Positions 27,884 through 37,849 of a stretch of DNA of 64,000 nt are shown here, in pieces. Positions within the stretch are counted from its first letter, which is position 1. Every line of letters begins with the position of its first letter. The translations under genes and the position numbers were made by a program. The notes below the pieces were generated by a model. It searched no databases, was not told the DNA's origin, and saw only the letters and a list, made by a program, of their open reading frames with translations. Source of the stretch: an uncultured delta proteobacterium (lineage in GTDB: Bacteria > Desulfobacterota > BSN033 > UBA1163); NCBI GenBank assembly GCA_963708295.1, contig CAVPSJ010000014.1, positions 32,001 through 96,000 of the forward strand, in the 5' to 3' direction.

Positions 27884-28948
27884 ATGGGAAGAAAGGTCGC
27901 ATGGGTAGCGTTTGTGGTATCGTTTTTGTTTTTAATGGTTTCTTCTCCCTACGCAGCGGAGGCGATCAAGCTCAAGCTGGCGAATTATTTTCCGCCCACA
28001 CACATGAATTCAGTGATGATGGGCAAATACTGCGAGGAGTTGAACAAAAAACTGGCCGGCAAGGCGGAAGTCACCCAGTATACGGGCAGCACCCTTCTTT
28101 CGGCACCCAAGATGGCTGCCGGGGTAGCCGCCGGTATCGCGGATATCGGCCTCTCCAACCTCTCTTACACAAGAGGACGGTTTCCGGTCATGGAGATCAT
28201 GGAACTACCCCATGGTTTCCCGAGCGCCTGGATCGCAGGGCACGTGGCGAATGACTTTTATAGCAAATATCAGCCGAAGGATTTCGACACGTATCAGGTG
28301 CTGATGCTCAGCACGTCTCCGATTAACGTCATTCAGACGCTTAATAAACCTGTCAAGACGCTGGAGGACGTGAAGGGGCTGAAACTGAGAGGCACGGGGA
28401 GGCTCGGCGATATCGTCAAAGCGCTTGGGGCCAGCCCCATTCCTATTGAGACGCCCGACCTGTACGATGGGTTGAAAAGGGGTGTGATTGAGGGCGCATT
28501 GCTCCCCCTCGAAACGATGAAAGGTTTTAAGACGGGCGAATTGATTAAATACGTCACAGCTTCCTGGCGGGTTGGAAGCGCCTATTGCTTCTATGTGCTG
28601 ATGAATAAGCAAAAATGGAACGGTCTTCCTGCCGATGTCCAGAAAACCATGTCCGACTTCTCCAAGGAATTTATTGAAAGATGGACACTGGAGTGGAACA
28701 GAATCGATATCGAAGGTAAGGAGTTCTTCATGAAACAGGGCGGCCAGATCGTGACCGTTCCCGATGCGGATAGCCCCCAGTGGATCAAGGCGGTACAGCC
28801 CGTGCTCGGCGACTACAAGAAAGACCTGACCGGAAAGGGCTTTAAGGCTGCGGACATCGAGGAATGGATCGGCTTCGTGAACAAACGCATTCAGTACTGG
28901 AAAGGCGAGGAAAAAGCGAAGAAAATACCCACATCGTATCAGTACTAA
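27884..28948 (+). CDS. dctP: TRAP substrate-binding protein
   Basis: Signal peptide, YTRGRFP, KPVKTLEDVKGLKLR, LYDGLKRGVIEG. Confidence 0.92.
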   Translation: MGRKVAWVAFVVSFLFLMVSSPYAAEAIKLKLANYFPPTHMNSVMMGKYCEELNKKLAGKAEVTQYTGSTLLSAPKMAAGVAAGIADIGLSNLSYTRGRFPVMEIMELPHGFPSAWIAGHVANDFYSKYQPKDFDTYQVLMLSTSPINVIQTLNKPVKTLEDVKGLKLRGTGRLGDIVKALGASPIPIETPDLYDGLKRGVIEGALLPLETMKGFKTGELIKYVTASWRVGSAYCFYVLMNKQKWNGLPADVQKTMSDFSKEFIERWTLEWNRIDIEGKEFFMKQGGQIVTVPDADSPQWIKAVQPVLGDYKKDLTGKGFKAADIEEWIGFVNKRIQYWKGEEKAKKIPTSYQY

Positions 28949-28971
28949 CGACTGTCAGTCTTTGCCGAGAA

Positions 28972-29020
28972 AGAGGAGGTACACTTCAGCCTGTTCGGGC
29001 TGGAGTGTGGCCTCCTCGCT
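28972..29020 (+). terminator. Hairpin after dctP
   Basis: GAGGAGGTACACTTCAGCC..GGCTGGAGTGTGGCCTCCTC. Confidence 0.5.
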
Positions 29021-29294
29021 GGATAGGAGTTAGATCTTTAAAGTGAGGGACTACGCCGGCCTGCAAAGGGACCACCCCGGAAAGAGTTGATTTTTCTCGT
29101 ATCCTCCCTACGCAAGATTTCATAGATCTCCTTCTGGAATCTCTCTCTTATCCTGGTTGAAGGGGAGGTGATGGCGTGTTATAGATTTTTGACTGAACGA
29201 TCCGTCGCGTGAACGAGCGACATCGTTGGAACCGAGATTGCGGCCGGGGGTTTGATGATTCGATGCCGACAAAATGGAGAATGAGGTGAAACTG

Positions 29295-30614
29295 ATGAAA
29301 GAGGAAATAAAATACTGGAATCCGGCCATAGAGACGATGCCGAGGGAGAAGCTTGTCGCGATTGAGTTGAAGCGTTTTAGAGAGCTTCTCCGATGGAGTC
29401 AGGAGAACTCTCCTTTTTACAAAAAGAAATTCCATGGAATCGAGCCGGAGGACATTCGAACGCTTGAAGACCTTGCAAAGGTTCCCCTCACGGAGAAAGA
29501 TGAACTGAGAGAGGCCCAGGTGGGAAAGGAACCCTATCTTTATGGCGACCTTTTGGCCGTCCCTACCGAACGACTCTCCATATACCATCAAACCTCGGGG
29601 ACAACCGGAAAGCCCGTGTATATTCCGGATACCTACGAAAGCTGGCAATGGGTTGTGGAGGTGTGGTGTTACATCCTTTACGGGGCAGGCTTTCGACCGA
29701 CAGACCGGGTTTTTCTCCCCTTTGTCTACAATGTCTATATTGCCTTCTGGCAGGGGCACTACGCCGCGGAAAAGTTGGGATGTGAAGTAGTTCCAGGAGG
29801 AGGTCTTGAGACAAAGGCGCGTATTCAGAAGATGATGGAGGTGAAAGCGACGGGTCTGATGAACACTCCGACCTACGGCCTTCACATGCTAGAAGTGGCC
29901 AAAGAGATGGGGATTGATCCGAAGCGAGATCTAACGATTAAGAAGATGATCTGTGCCGGCGAACCTATGCCCGAGCCGACTCGACTTCGCTTGGAAGAAG
30001 GGTGGGGGGCGGATGTTTTTGACCATCTTGGAGGTACGGAGCCAGGAGGATGGGCGGGGATGTGCACCGAAAAGAAAGGGATGCATGTGATCGAGCCCCA
30101 CTTTCTGTTAGAAATGATAGATTTAGAGACGATGTCGAAGCCCATTCCCGCGGGGACGAAAGGGGTGGCGGTGATTACCTCTCTTTGCCGGAGATCCATT
30201 CCCCTCATTCGATTCAACTTGAAAGATATCATGATGGTCAGGACCGACCCCTGTGCATGCGGAAGAACTTCCATTCGTATTGATCAGGTCGGGGGACGAG
30301 TGGATGATCTCAGAAAGATCCGAGGGGTTTTCTTCAGTCCGAGCGTCGTGGAAGAGGTGATCCGCGGAAAATTCCCGGAAGTGGTGGAGTTTGAAACGAT
30401 CCTAACGCAGGAAGGCATCATGCCCGTTCTGACACTCAGGGTGGAGATGGATCCATCGCTGGCCGAATCCGGGCAAAAAGAGCTTCGGAAAGTCATCCGG
30501 GAGAAGCTGAAAATCAGGACGAATCTTACTTTTGAAATCGAATCTGTCAAACCCGGAGGCTTGCCTCGTTATACCTTAAAGTCGGCAAGATTTAAGGATC
30601 TGACGAAGAAGTAG
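29295..30614 (+). CDS. Phenylacetate-CoA ligase (PaaK) family aryl-CoA ligase 1
   Basis: QTSGTTGKP P-loop, AGEP, DPCACGRT, GRVDDLRKIRGV, LPRY.LKSARFKD. Confidence 0.9.
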   Translation: MKEEIKYWNPAIETMPREKLVAIELKRFRELLRWSQENSPFYKKKFHGIEPEDIRTLEDLAKVPLTEKDELREAQVGKEPYLYGDLLAVPTERLSIYHQTSGTTGKPVYIPDTYESWQWVVEVWCYILYGAGFRPTDRVFLPFVYNVYIAFWQGHYAAEKLGCEVVPGGGLETKARIQKMMEVKATGLMNTPTYGLHMLEVAKEMGIDPKRDLTIKKMICAGEPMPEPTRLRLEEGWGADVFDHLGGTEPGGWAGMCTEKKGMHVIEPHFLLEMIDLETMSKPIPAGTKGVAVITSLCRRSIPLIRFNLKDIMMVRTDPCACGRTSIRIDQVGGRVDDLRKIRGVFFSPSVVEEVIRGKFPEVVEFETILTQEGIMPVLTLRVEMDPSLAESGQKELRKVIREKLKIRTNLTFEIESVKPGGLPRYTLKSARFKDLTKK

Positions 30615-30781
30615 ACCCGGTTTAGAATTCCAATGGTTGCGACCCTTCGACATACTCAGGGTCGTGGGTCGCGCGAAGCGCGGGATCGGACGACCCGAAA
30701 CCGAGCGGATATTAAACCCAGCCAAAATTATTTGAGAGGATGCCTTGCCGCAAAGTAGCGGGCTGTCCTGTCTAACGGGTA
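30614..30781. mobile_element. MITE-like element containing REP-like hairpins
   Basis: Imperfect inverted ends ACCCGGTTTAGA / TCTAACGGGT. Internal CGACCCTTCGACATACTCAGGGTCG hairpin. Confidence 0.45.
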
Positions 30782-30803
30782 AAAGGTAAAAGGGAGAGAA
30801 GGC

Positions 30804-30971
30804 ATGGAATACGATTTGAAAGCAATGGATCTGGAGATCAAGGCGATCGAGGAGAGAACAAAGAAGCTGAGGGAATTAGGCAGTGGATTTATGACGATTG
30901 AACGAAATACGGATTCAATCCTGGCCTTTGTCTATCTTCTCAAAAAGAACATTTGTGACTTGGTAGAGTAG
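30804..30971 (+). CDS. Small helical hypothetical protein (55 aa), paralog A
   Basis: Below the ORF-track cutoff. RBS GGGAGA. MEYDLKAMDLEIKAIEERTKKLRELGSGFMTIERNTDSILAFVYLLKKNICDLVE, homologous to 31090-31266. Confidence 0.75.
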   Translation: MEYDLKAMDLEIKAIEERTKKLRELGSGFMTIERNTDSILAFVYLLKKNICDLVE

Positions 30972-31089
30972 AATCAAAGACGCATTCCCCATGCAACCCC
31001 TTCTGTGATAAGAATGATTTTTCCGGGGAATATATTACGCGAAGGGCCTGCCCCCAAATCCGTCTCTGACCTGAGACGGAATCTTACGC

Positions 31090-31266
31090 TTACAGCAGAT
31101 CTTTCACATCACTGATGTTGATCTCCAGCATCTTCACCGAGGCAAGGATTCGAACCGTGTTTCGGTCGACTGCCGGAATTCTGCTCGAGAGCGCTTTCAA
31201 TTCTTGAGCCGCTTTCTTGATTGTCTTAATTCGAGTATCGAGCTTATTCATCTCCCTTCGAGTCAT
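31090..31266 (-). CDS. Small helical hypothetical protein (58 aa), paralog B
   Basis: RBS AAGGAG. MTRREMNKLDTRIKTIKKAAQELKALSSRIPAVDRNTVRILASVKMLEINISDVKDLL. Confidence 0.75.
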   Translation of the reverse strand: MTRREMNKLDTRIKTIKKAAQELKALSSRIPAVDRNTVRILASVKMLEINISDVKDLL

Positions 31267-31298
31267 CGTGTTCTCCTTGTCATTTCGATTGCTTTAAA

Positions 31299-31465
31299 AT
31301 AAATCCGAAATCCGAATATCGGGCGAAGCGTCCGTCTCGGACCAATACGAAACAAATTCGAAATTCGAATTTCTAAATGCTCCAAACTCAGGTGCTTTAG
31401 TTTGGAATTTTGTATTTTGGTCATTGGGATTTGTTTCGAGCTTCGGATTTCGTGCTTCGGATTTT
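31299..31465. repeat. Inverted heptamer repeat element
   Basis: AAATCCGAAATCCGAA..AAATTCGAAATTCGAA pairs with TTCGAGCTTCGGATTTCGTGCTTCGGATTT. Similar element at 58780-58931. Confidence 0.7.
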
Positions 31466-31469
31466 CTCA

Positions 31470-32819
31470 TCAATTGTGTTTCCTTAGATCTTTAAATCGT
31501 TTGGCCTTGACCTCGTAACGGGGCAGGGAGTTGAAGGGGTGGACCTCGATATTATAGCCCAGGTTGGTTTTCAATCGAAGTTGATCTTTCAGTTGGATGA
31601 GGATGGTTTCACGGCTTTTTTCTTCTTCGGGTAAAAGCTCGATCTTGAGCGTGATGTCGTCGAGATCCCCTTTCTTCGTGACGATCACCTCAAATTCGTT
31701 GCTCAAGCCTTTAATGGAACGGACCACCTCTTCAATGGCGGAGGGAGCTACTAAGACGCCTTTGATTTTCGTAATGTCGTCCGCCCTTCCTGCCACACCA
31801 CCCTGAATCAGGCGAAATGTCCTTCCGCAGGGGCAGGGGTCTTTGGCCCATTCTGCCACGTCCTTGGAGTCGAAACAGATACAGGGCTGGGCGATTCGGT
31901 CAAGGGCCGTGATGACGATTTTTCCCTTTCGACCCGGTTCCTGAATGATCTCTCCTGTTTCAAGGTCCTCCAATTGGACGAGAAACATGGTTTCGTTGAT
32001 GTGAAGTCCTCCCGGTTGCTCCGTGCATTCAAATCCCCAGGCCCCGATCTCCGTGGCGCCCACATGATCGTAAACCTTGGCGCCCCAGGCTTCTTCCATT
32101 CTCTTCTTCGTTGCCGGGATGCTGGCACCAGGCTCCCCGGCGCAGGTGATCTTACGGATGGTCAGATCTCGAGCCGGATCGATCCCCAGTTTCTTTCTTG
32201 CGGTGTCGGCCATTCCCAACACATAGGTGGGAGTTGCCATCATGGCGGTTGCCCGAAGTTCCTGGATTTTGAGAATGCGGGCCTCGGTATCGAGCACTCC
32301 GCCCGGGATGACTTCACACCCGACTTTTTCGGCGGCGTAATGGCCTGCCCAGAAGGCAACGAAGATGTTGTACCCGAAAGGCAGAAAGACCCGGTCTGTT
32401 TTTCGGTAACCCTGTGCATAGAGGATATAGGCCCAGCATTCGGACCACCACTCCCAATCCTGCCAGGTATCGGGCTGATACACGGGTAACCCGGTCGTCC
32501 CGCTCGTCTGCCGAAATTCAGTGACTTCTTCTAAAGGAACACAGAGGGCATCTCCATACGGAAAAGGATCCTTCCTCTGGATATCCCTCATCATTGCCTT
32601 TTCCACCTTCGGGACCTTGGCGATATCTTCAAGAGTTTTGACGTCGCCGGGCCTCAGTCCCGCCTCGTGATAGAGCTTTCGATGAAACTTCGACTTGTCG
32701 TAGGCCCATTTCAGAATCTTTTTGAACTTTTTGATCTGAAGCTCCTGTAGTTGCTCAAGAGGAAGGGTTTCCGTAATCGGGTTCCAGTAGACATCGGTTT
32801 TTCTTGGAGTTGTTTTCAT
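31470..32819 (-). CDS. Phenylacetate-CoA ligase (PaaK) family aryl-CoA ligase 2
   Basis: RQTSGTTGLP, CAGEPG, DHVGATE, DPCPCGRT, GRADDITKIKGV. Confidence 0.9.
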   Translation of the reverse strand: MKTTPRKTDVYWNPITETLPLEQLQELQIKKFKKILKWAYDKSKFHRKLYHEAGLRPGDVKTLEDIAKVPKVEKAMMRDIQRKDPFPYGDALCVPLEEVTEFRQTSGTTGLPVYQPDTWQDWEWWSECWAYILYAQGYRKTDRVFLPFGYNIFVAFWAGHYAAEKVGCEVIPGGVLDTEARILKIQELRATAMMATPTYVLGMADTARKKLGIDPARDLTIRKITCAGEPGASIPATKKRMEEAWGAKVYDHVGATEIGAWGFECTEQPGGLHINETMFLVQLEDLETGEIIQEPGRKGKIVITALDRIAQPCICFDSKDVAEWAKDPCPCGRTFRLIQGGVAGRADDITKIKGVLVAPSAIEEVVRSIKGLSNEFEVIVTKKGDLDDITLKIELLPEEEKSRETILIQLKDQLRLKTNLGYNIEVHPFNSLPRYEVKAKRFKDLRKHN

Positions 32820-32820
32820 T

Positions 32821-33219
32821 TCATCCTTTCTTCCCAGTACCGGCAGGCAGAAGTTTCTCAAGAATCCGGTCTGACAGTTTTCCGGTAAGGTTCTCTATGA
32901 TTTTGATCTCCTTCGGGGTGATGTTGTCCCAGTGAATGCCGGCGGTCACCACCACGGTTTTTCTCAGCTGTGCAGCCAGCTTTTCGGAAATTTTTTTGAC
33001 CAGCCTATCCTCTTTATGCCCCGGGAAAGTAAAGTTGGAAGAGGTTGCGCTCCATTGATGAGGGTTCTTTAGGCTTTGCCTTGGAGCCGCTATTCCGACG
33101 GCGCCGATGTGGGGTCGAGTCCCCCCCCATACGGAGACCAGGATGTCTTGGCCCACCTCTTGAACAAAACCATAAGTCTTGAATCGGCCTCTCGAAGTTT
33201 CAACAAGAAATCTTTTCAT
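32821..33219 (-). CDS. LpdD-like prenylated-FMN maturation/chaperone protein
   Basis: GQDILVSVWGGTRPHIGAV...PGHKED...VVVTAGIHWDNIT. Adjacent to ubiX and ubiD. Confidence 0.75.
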   Translation of the reverse strand: MKRFLVETSRGRFKTYGFVQEVGQDILVSVWGGTRPHIGAVGIAAPRQSLKNPHQWSATSSNFTFPGHKEDRLVKKISEKLAAQLRKTVVVTAGIHWDNITPKEIKIIENLTGKLSDRILEKLLPAGTGKKG

Positions 33220-33239
33220 GGGGGCGGTTTCCATTTTAA

Positions 33240-33480
33240 AAAGTCGAAGCCTTTTTGTCAACCTTGATTTATCTCTTGCCAACGTCCAGTTTTTCCTTGC
33301 CCGCGACCGGGGTAAATCCCCTCCGAGGCTTCATAAGGCCTGCGTTGAGGGAAAACGGGATGAATCCGTCCGAGGTTTGAAACAGGGTTTTCCGTTGAAA
33401 CGCTTGCAGCCAAACCCTAAAAAGGTTGGGCCTAGTCCGGGCAATCAGAGAACACCTTTGCTCTGTAGGCATAGACGGAA
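33240..33480 (-). ncRNA. Orphan structured non-coding segment, possibly an IS110/IS1111-type end
   Basis: Nested stems TTGCCCG/CGGGCAA, GCGTT/AACGC and GGAAAAC/GTTTTCC, with TTGACA near the 3' end. The IS110 resemblance is unverified. Confidence 0.35.
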
Positions 33481-33511
33481 TGAATAGAGTATGGGAAGAG
33501 AATGGAGCGGG

Positions 33512-34078
33512 CTATTTAGACTCGGTCCCCCATCTTTTAAAAAGCTTTGCATCCATCGAGAAGAGGTCGAGGACCTTCCCGATGGTTTGATGAATTAAAT
33601 CCTCAATGGTCTTCGGATGATGATAAAAAGCAGGCAGGGGGGGCATGATAATCCCTCCCATTCTTGTGACCTTGAGCATCAGTTCAAGATGTCCCTCGTG
33701 AAGGGGTGTTTCCCTGACCAGGAGGACAAGCCTCCTCCTCTCTTTCAACATCACGTCGGCAGTTCTTACAAGCAGGTTATGACTGTACGAATTGGCAATC
33801 GCAGAAAGGGTCTTGATAGAACACGGAGCGACCACCATCCCATCCACCTTGAAGGAACCACTCGCCAAAGGGGCAGTGAGATCCCCTTCCTCATAAACAT
33901 GGGAAGCCATTGATTTGAGTTCGTTGATTTTCACGCTCGTCTCAATCTCCAAGTTCTTTAAGCCGGCCTGAGTGATGATGAGATGGATCTCAACCCCCAG
34001 GTTAGAAAGGACTTTGAGGAGTTTAACGCCGTAAATTGCACCGGAGGCACCCGTAATCCCTACGACGATACTGTTCAT
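33512..34078 (-). CDS. ubiX: Flavin prenyltransferase
   Basis: VVGITGASG, APLASGS, APCSIKTL, LKERRRLVLLVRETP, PAFYHHP. Confidence 0.96.
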   Translation of the reverse strand: MNSIVVGITGASGAIYGVKLLKVLSNLGVEIHLIITQAGLKNLEIETSVKINELKSMASHVYEEGDLTAPLASGSFKVDGMVVAPCSIKTLSAIANSYSHNLLVRTADVMLKERRRLVLLVRETPLHEGHLELMLKVTRMGGIIMPPLPAFYHHPKTIEDLIHQTIGKVLDLFSMDAKLFKRWGTESK

Positions 34079-35350
34079 CTAAGATTCTTTCCTCTTCAAA
34101 CTTTCTTTGAGGGCCTCAACTACGGCCACGGCAAACTGAGACTTGTTGATATCTGTGTTCACTTCTACGACCTTGATCCCAGGGTCTAAATACTTTCTTA
34201 AGGCATCGACAAAGGCTTTATCTGCGATGGGATCGTAAAGAGCCCCTCCTTCTACACTCAGAGAAGAGAATCCTTTTTGGGGGATGACAAACTTCAGTAA
34301 ATTCTTGTTTGGATACTGATTTAGCTTTTCAGCCACGGTTTTGGCAATGGTTTCCATCTCTTCAACGCTTGTTCTTGCCTGAACTCTCATGGCATCCTGG
34401 ATGAGGAGCTTTCTCTCCGCCAATTTCCTGGAGACCCAGAGCGGATCTCCTTTGTCCCTTCTCTCAATGGGACCGCAGCTGATCATGTCAAAGCCACAGG
34501 GAGAGAGGATATAAGGAATGGGCGTCCGGAGAGCTGCATCCAGCCGGTTGGGTCCGGAGGCTCGATTGCCTCCGAAAAGATATTCGCTGAAACTTGCCGG
34601 GACCAGGTCGATAAAGGCTTCGAAGAACCCTTGACTGACGAGGTCCACGGCGGCACGGTCCCCGATACCGGTCGCATGAAACGAGATGAGGTCATAGTCT
34701 TTTTCCAGAAGTTCCCTGACGTAATGAGCCCCTTTATCGCAGAAACCAAATTCGGTGAGGGCGATCGAAGGCTTCTTCTCTTTCATAACAGGTTCCAGCC
34801 TTTCAACCATTCCAGCGATCGCATTGGCACCGTTCACAGCCAGCGTTCTTACCAATGGGTTTAAGCCTACCGTATCGACCACACTGTGCATGACTGTGAT
34901 GTCCCTGACCCCAAAATAATCTGCGAGTCTGTTGGCATAGGCCGGCATGGCGGTGACACTTGAAATGAGAAGCTTGGGGACCCCGAAAGGTAAAGCTCTC
35001 ATCGCTGTCAGGGTAAGGAAAGTTCCGGTCATGCCCGCAATGGCAATCATCCCCTTCAGCTCATCCGCTTGATAAAGCTGAGTCACTTTCTTAGACAGTC
35101 CCTCTGCCACCATGGAAGTTGCTTTTTCCCTCTCCTTGGCCAGCATTCCCTTAATTTGCTCGATGCTCCCTCCGCCCAGCTTGGCGATCTCCGCACAGGT
35201 CACATCTGCTTTCAACGAGGAAACAATCGCCCCTGTGCCGATGCTGATGTCAATCAGGAGTGTTTTATGCCCCCGTTTCTCTATCTTCTCCTTGATGATC
35301 TTGAGAGCTTCCTCTCTTTCATCCAACATCCCCACAATCACGATGGACAT
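34079..35350 (-). CDS. Tm-1-like ATP-binding domain protein (UPF0261), divergent copy
   Basis: AMRALPFGVPKLLISS, DITVMHSVVDTVGLN, ISFHATGIG, IPQKGFS. N-terminal GMLDER replaces the usual GTLDTK. Confidence 0.88.
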   Translation of the reverse strand: MSIVIVGMLDEREEALKIIKEKIEKRGHKTLLIDISIGTGAIVSSLKADVTCAEIAKLGGGSIEQIKGMLAKEREKATSMVAEGLSKKVTQLYQADELKGMIAIAGMTGTFLTLTAMRALPFGVPKLLISSVTAMPAYANRLADYFGVRDITVMHSVVDTVGLNPLVRTLAVNGANAIAGMVERLEPVMKEKKPSIALTEFGFCDKGAHYVRELLEKDYDLISFHATGIGDRAAVDLVSQGFFEAFIDLVPASFSEYLFGGNRASGPNRLDAALRTPIPYILSPCGFDMISCGPIERRDKGDPLWVSRKLAERKLLIQDAMRVQARTSVEEMETIAKTVAEKLNQYPNKNLLKFVIPQKGFSSLSVEGGALYDPIADKAFVDALRKYLDPGIKVVEVNTDINKSQFAVAVVEALKESLKRKES

Positions 35351-35412
35351 GCTTTATCCTCCGTTCCGCTTTCCTAATACCTTGCCCTTTGCTCTATGCC
35401 CTATGCGATATT

Positions 35413-36810
35413 TCACAGACCGAGGTCTGACCACTTTGCCTTTATCTTTTTGACCATGTCTGCATCGAGTTCAATCGGAACAGGTTTTTCCTTCCATTCA
35501 AAGGGTATCGTGGCATCCATGATGATCCGGGAGGTGATATCCCTTTGCTCGATGGGAAGAGAAGGATCCAAGGGGGTAGATCTTCCGCGATTGATGATCT
35601 GAGACCGACTCGGTTGGAACCTGAAACTGAGCGCCCATAGGACACGGGGCAAATCCCAGGGATCAATATCCTCATCCACGACAATCACGGTCTTTAAACC
35701 ATAAGCGCCCATCTCAGTGGAGATGGCCGCTGTGCCTACCTGGTTGGCATGGCCAGGATACATCTGCTTGACAGAGATGATCGCGACGAACCTTCCCGCC
35801 CCTTCCGGTGGGCAGTACACGGCTTTTATTCCCGGGATCCTCATGGCTACAAGTTCCTGCCAAAGTGTCGCACCGTAGGTCAAAGCCATGGTCATATGCG
35901 TGTCGGTCACAGCCCTTCCTACGGTCGTAAACCAGAATATGGGATTATTCCGATGAGTGATGCAGTTAATTTTGATAAAATTTCTTGGCGTCGCCCCAAC
36001 TCCCGAATAATAGCCCGTGTATTCTCCGAATGGGCCCTCAGGCTTCGTGGTTTCAGCGTCTACTTCTCCCTCCACCACGATTTCAGCACTTGCCGGGACA
36101 GGAAGGTCGACTGTCTCTCCTTTGACGACCTCTATCGGTTCACCCCGAATCGCACCGCCGAAGTCATATTCTGACTCAAAAGCAGGCAACCTCGCGGCGC
36201 CCATCAAAAACATCAGGGGATCCCCTCCGATGGCCACAATCACAGGCATCGGTTTCTTAAGCGATTTATATTTCTGAAGCATGATATCAGCATGCTTTCC
36301 TTTGATAAATTGGCAACCGAGTGTCTTCTCGTCCAACACCTGAAGTCTGTAGACACCCACATTCAACCATCCGGACTCGGGATCCTTCGAAATGGTGTAG
36401 GCCGTGGTGCCGAAAAAACGTCCCCCATCCTTCGGAAAAACTTTGGGAACCGGGAATTTGAGAAGATTGATCTGATCGCCTTTCAGCACGTTCTCCTTAC
36501 AGGGTCCACTTGCCACGAACTTGGGGGGTTTTTTATTGGCCGTCCTTTTTACCCACTCCCTCATGAGTTCAACCAGACTCGTATTCTTGGGCATGCTCAT
36601 GATCAGGGACAACCTGGATGTCGTTGTACAGACACTGGAGATCACTTGACTGGGATAGCCCTTGACTTTTTCGAACAGGAGAGCGGGTCCCCCCTGTTCT
36701 TCATTTAGTTTCGCAATGTGCGACATCTCAAGATCCCAATCTACCTCCGGTTTTATCCTTTTGAGCTCCCCTTCCTTCTCGCAAAGTGATATAAAACTTC
36801 TTAAATCCAT
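35413..36810 (-). CDS. ppcB: UbiD-family carboxylase, phenylphosphate carboxylase beta-subunit-like
   Basis: MDLRSFI...EVDWDLEMSHIAKLNEEQGGPALLFE, FPKDGGRF, EGPFGEYTGYY, GRSTPLDPSL. Confidence 0.8.
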   Translation of the reverse strand: MDLRSFISLCEKEGELKRIKPEVDWDLEMSHIAKLNEEQGGPALLFEKVKGYPSQVISSVCTTTSRLSLIMSMPKNTSLVELMREWVKRTANKKPPKFVASGPCKENVLKGDQINLLKFPVPKVFPKDGGRFFGTTAYTISKDPESGWLNVGVYRLQVLDEKTLGCQFIKGKHADIMLQKYKSLKKPMPVIVAIGGDPLMFLMGAARLPAFESEYDFGGAIRGEPIEVVKGETVDLPVPASAEIVVEGEVDAETTKPEGPFGEYTGYYSGVGATPRNFIKINCITHRNNPIFWFTTVGRAVTDTHMTMALTYGATLWQELVAMRIPGIKAVYCPPEGAGRFVAIISVKQMYPGHANQVGTAAISTEMGAYGLKTVIVVDEDIDPWDLPRVLWALSFRFQPSRSQIINRGRSTPLDPSLPIEQRDITSRIIMDATIPFEWKEKPVPIELDADMVKKIKAKWSDLGL

Positions 36811-36854
36811 AAGCGGCCTCCTTTGGATTTTTATTTTGGTTCTAAAGTATAAAC

Positions 36855-36905
36855 ATTGACTTGACATGTCAATTTATTTCTAATAATAGTTTATAAGAAA
36901 AACTG
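36855..36905. promoter_or_regulatory. Divergent ubiD/lysR control region with perfect palindrome TTGACATGTCAA
   Basis: 12-bp palindrome at 36861-36872 in the short divergent gap, with adjacent AT-rich T-N11-A candidates. Confidence 0.5.
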
Positions 36906-36907
36906 AT

Positions 36908-37813
36908 ATGTATTCCTATTCCTTAAATTCTCTCATTGTCTTTTATGAAGTCGTGCAACTGAAGAGTTTCTCCAAAGCAGCAGAGGTGCTCTGCCTGACC
37001 CAGCCCGGCGTTTCCAATCATATTGCACAGTTAGAGGTTCAAGCAGGGCGCCCTCTTCTGAAAAGAGAGAAGGGGGCCATTGAGCTGACCCCGGAAGGAA
37101 AGGTGATTTTCAAATATGCAGAGAGGATCGTCAACGTCACGGAGGAATTGGAGAAAAGAATCAAGATGATGCACGAAGAGGTGAAGCCCCATCTCAACGT
37201 GGGTACGACCCCAACCTATTCAAAGGCCATCATGCCAGAGCTTCTTGGGAGCTTTCAGAAAGCGTTCCCTCAAGTGATGATTAAACTGGATACGGGAAGC
37301 TCGGAAGAGATGGAAAAGACCTTGCTCTCTGGCCATAATGATATTGTCATCGTCGCAAACCCGACCCTATCCAAGAAACTACATGCCATTCCTTTTCTCA
37401 AGGAGGAGCTTGTCCTGATCACCCCGAAAGATCATATCCTCTCAAAGAAGGAGTCTATCTCGCTTCGCGAGATTAAGGATTATCCTCTTATCTTACGGGA
37501 GGAAGGGTCTGCGACGAGAAAGATTGTCCTTTCGGCATTGAAATCAATGAGGATAACCCCTTCTGTCCTCATTGAGGTCAAAAGCACAGACTTTATTAAA
37601 GAATGGGTTTCTAAAGGGAAGGGCATCTCCGTGCTGATCAAACGATCTATCCTTGAAGATGAGAAACGAGATCTAAAGATCATTTCCTTGGTTCCCCCCC
37701 TTCTCCTTGAGATTTCTATTCTGTTTCTGAAATCGATGAAATACAATATATGGATTCAAAAATTTATTGACCATCTGAGAAACCCTGCTTATAACCCTTT
37801 TCTCCAACGCTGA
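36908..37813 (+). CDS. LysR-family regulator
   Basis: SFSKAAEVLCLTQPGVSNHIAQLE HTH; LILREEGSATR. Confidence 0.95.
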   Translation: MYSYSLNSLIVFYEVVQLKSFSKAAEVLCLTQPGVSNHIAQLEVQAGRPLLKREKGAIELTPEGKVIFKYAERIVNVTEELEKRIKMMHEEVKPHLNVGTTPTYSKAIMPELLGSFQKAFPQVMIKLDTGSSEEMEKTLLSGHNDIVIVANPTLSKKLHAIPFLKEELVLITPKDHILSKKESISLREIKDYPLILREEGSATRKIVLSALKSMRITPSVLIEVKSTDFIKEWVSKGKGISVLIKRSILEDEKRDLKIISLVPPLLLEISILFLKSMKYNIWIQKFIDHLRNPAYNPFLQR

Positions 37814-37849
37814 ATGAATCGTTAACCCCCTCAGGCGAATCGTAAAGAG

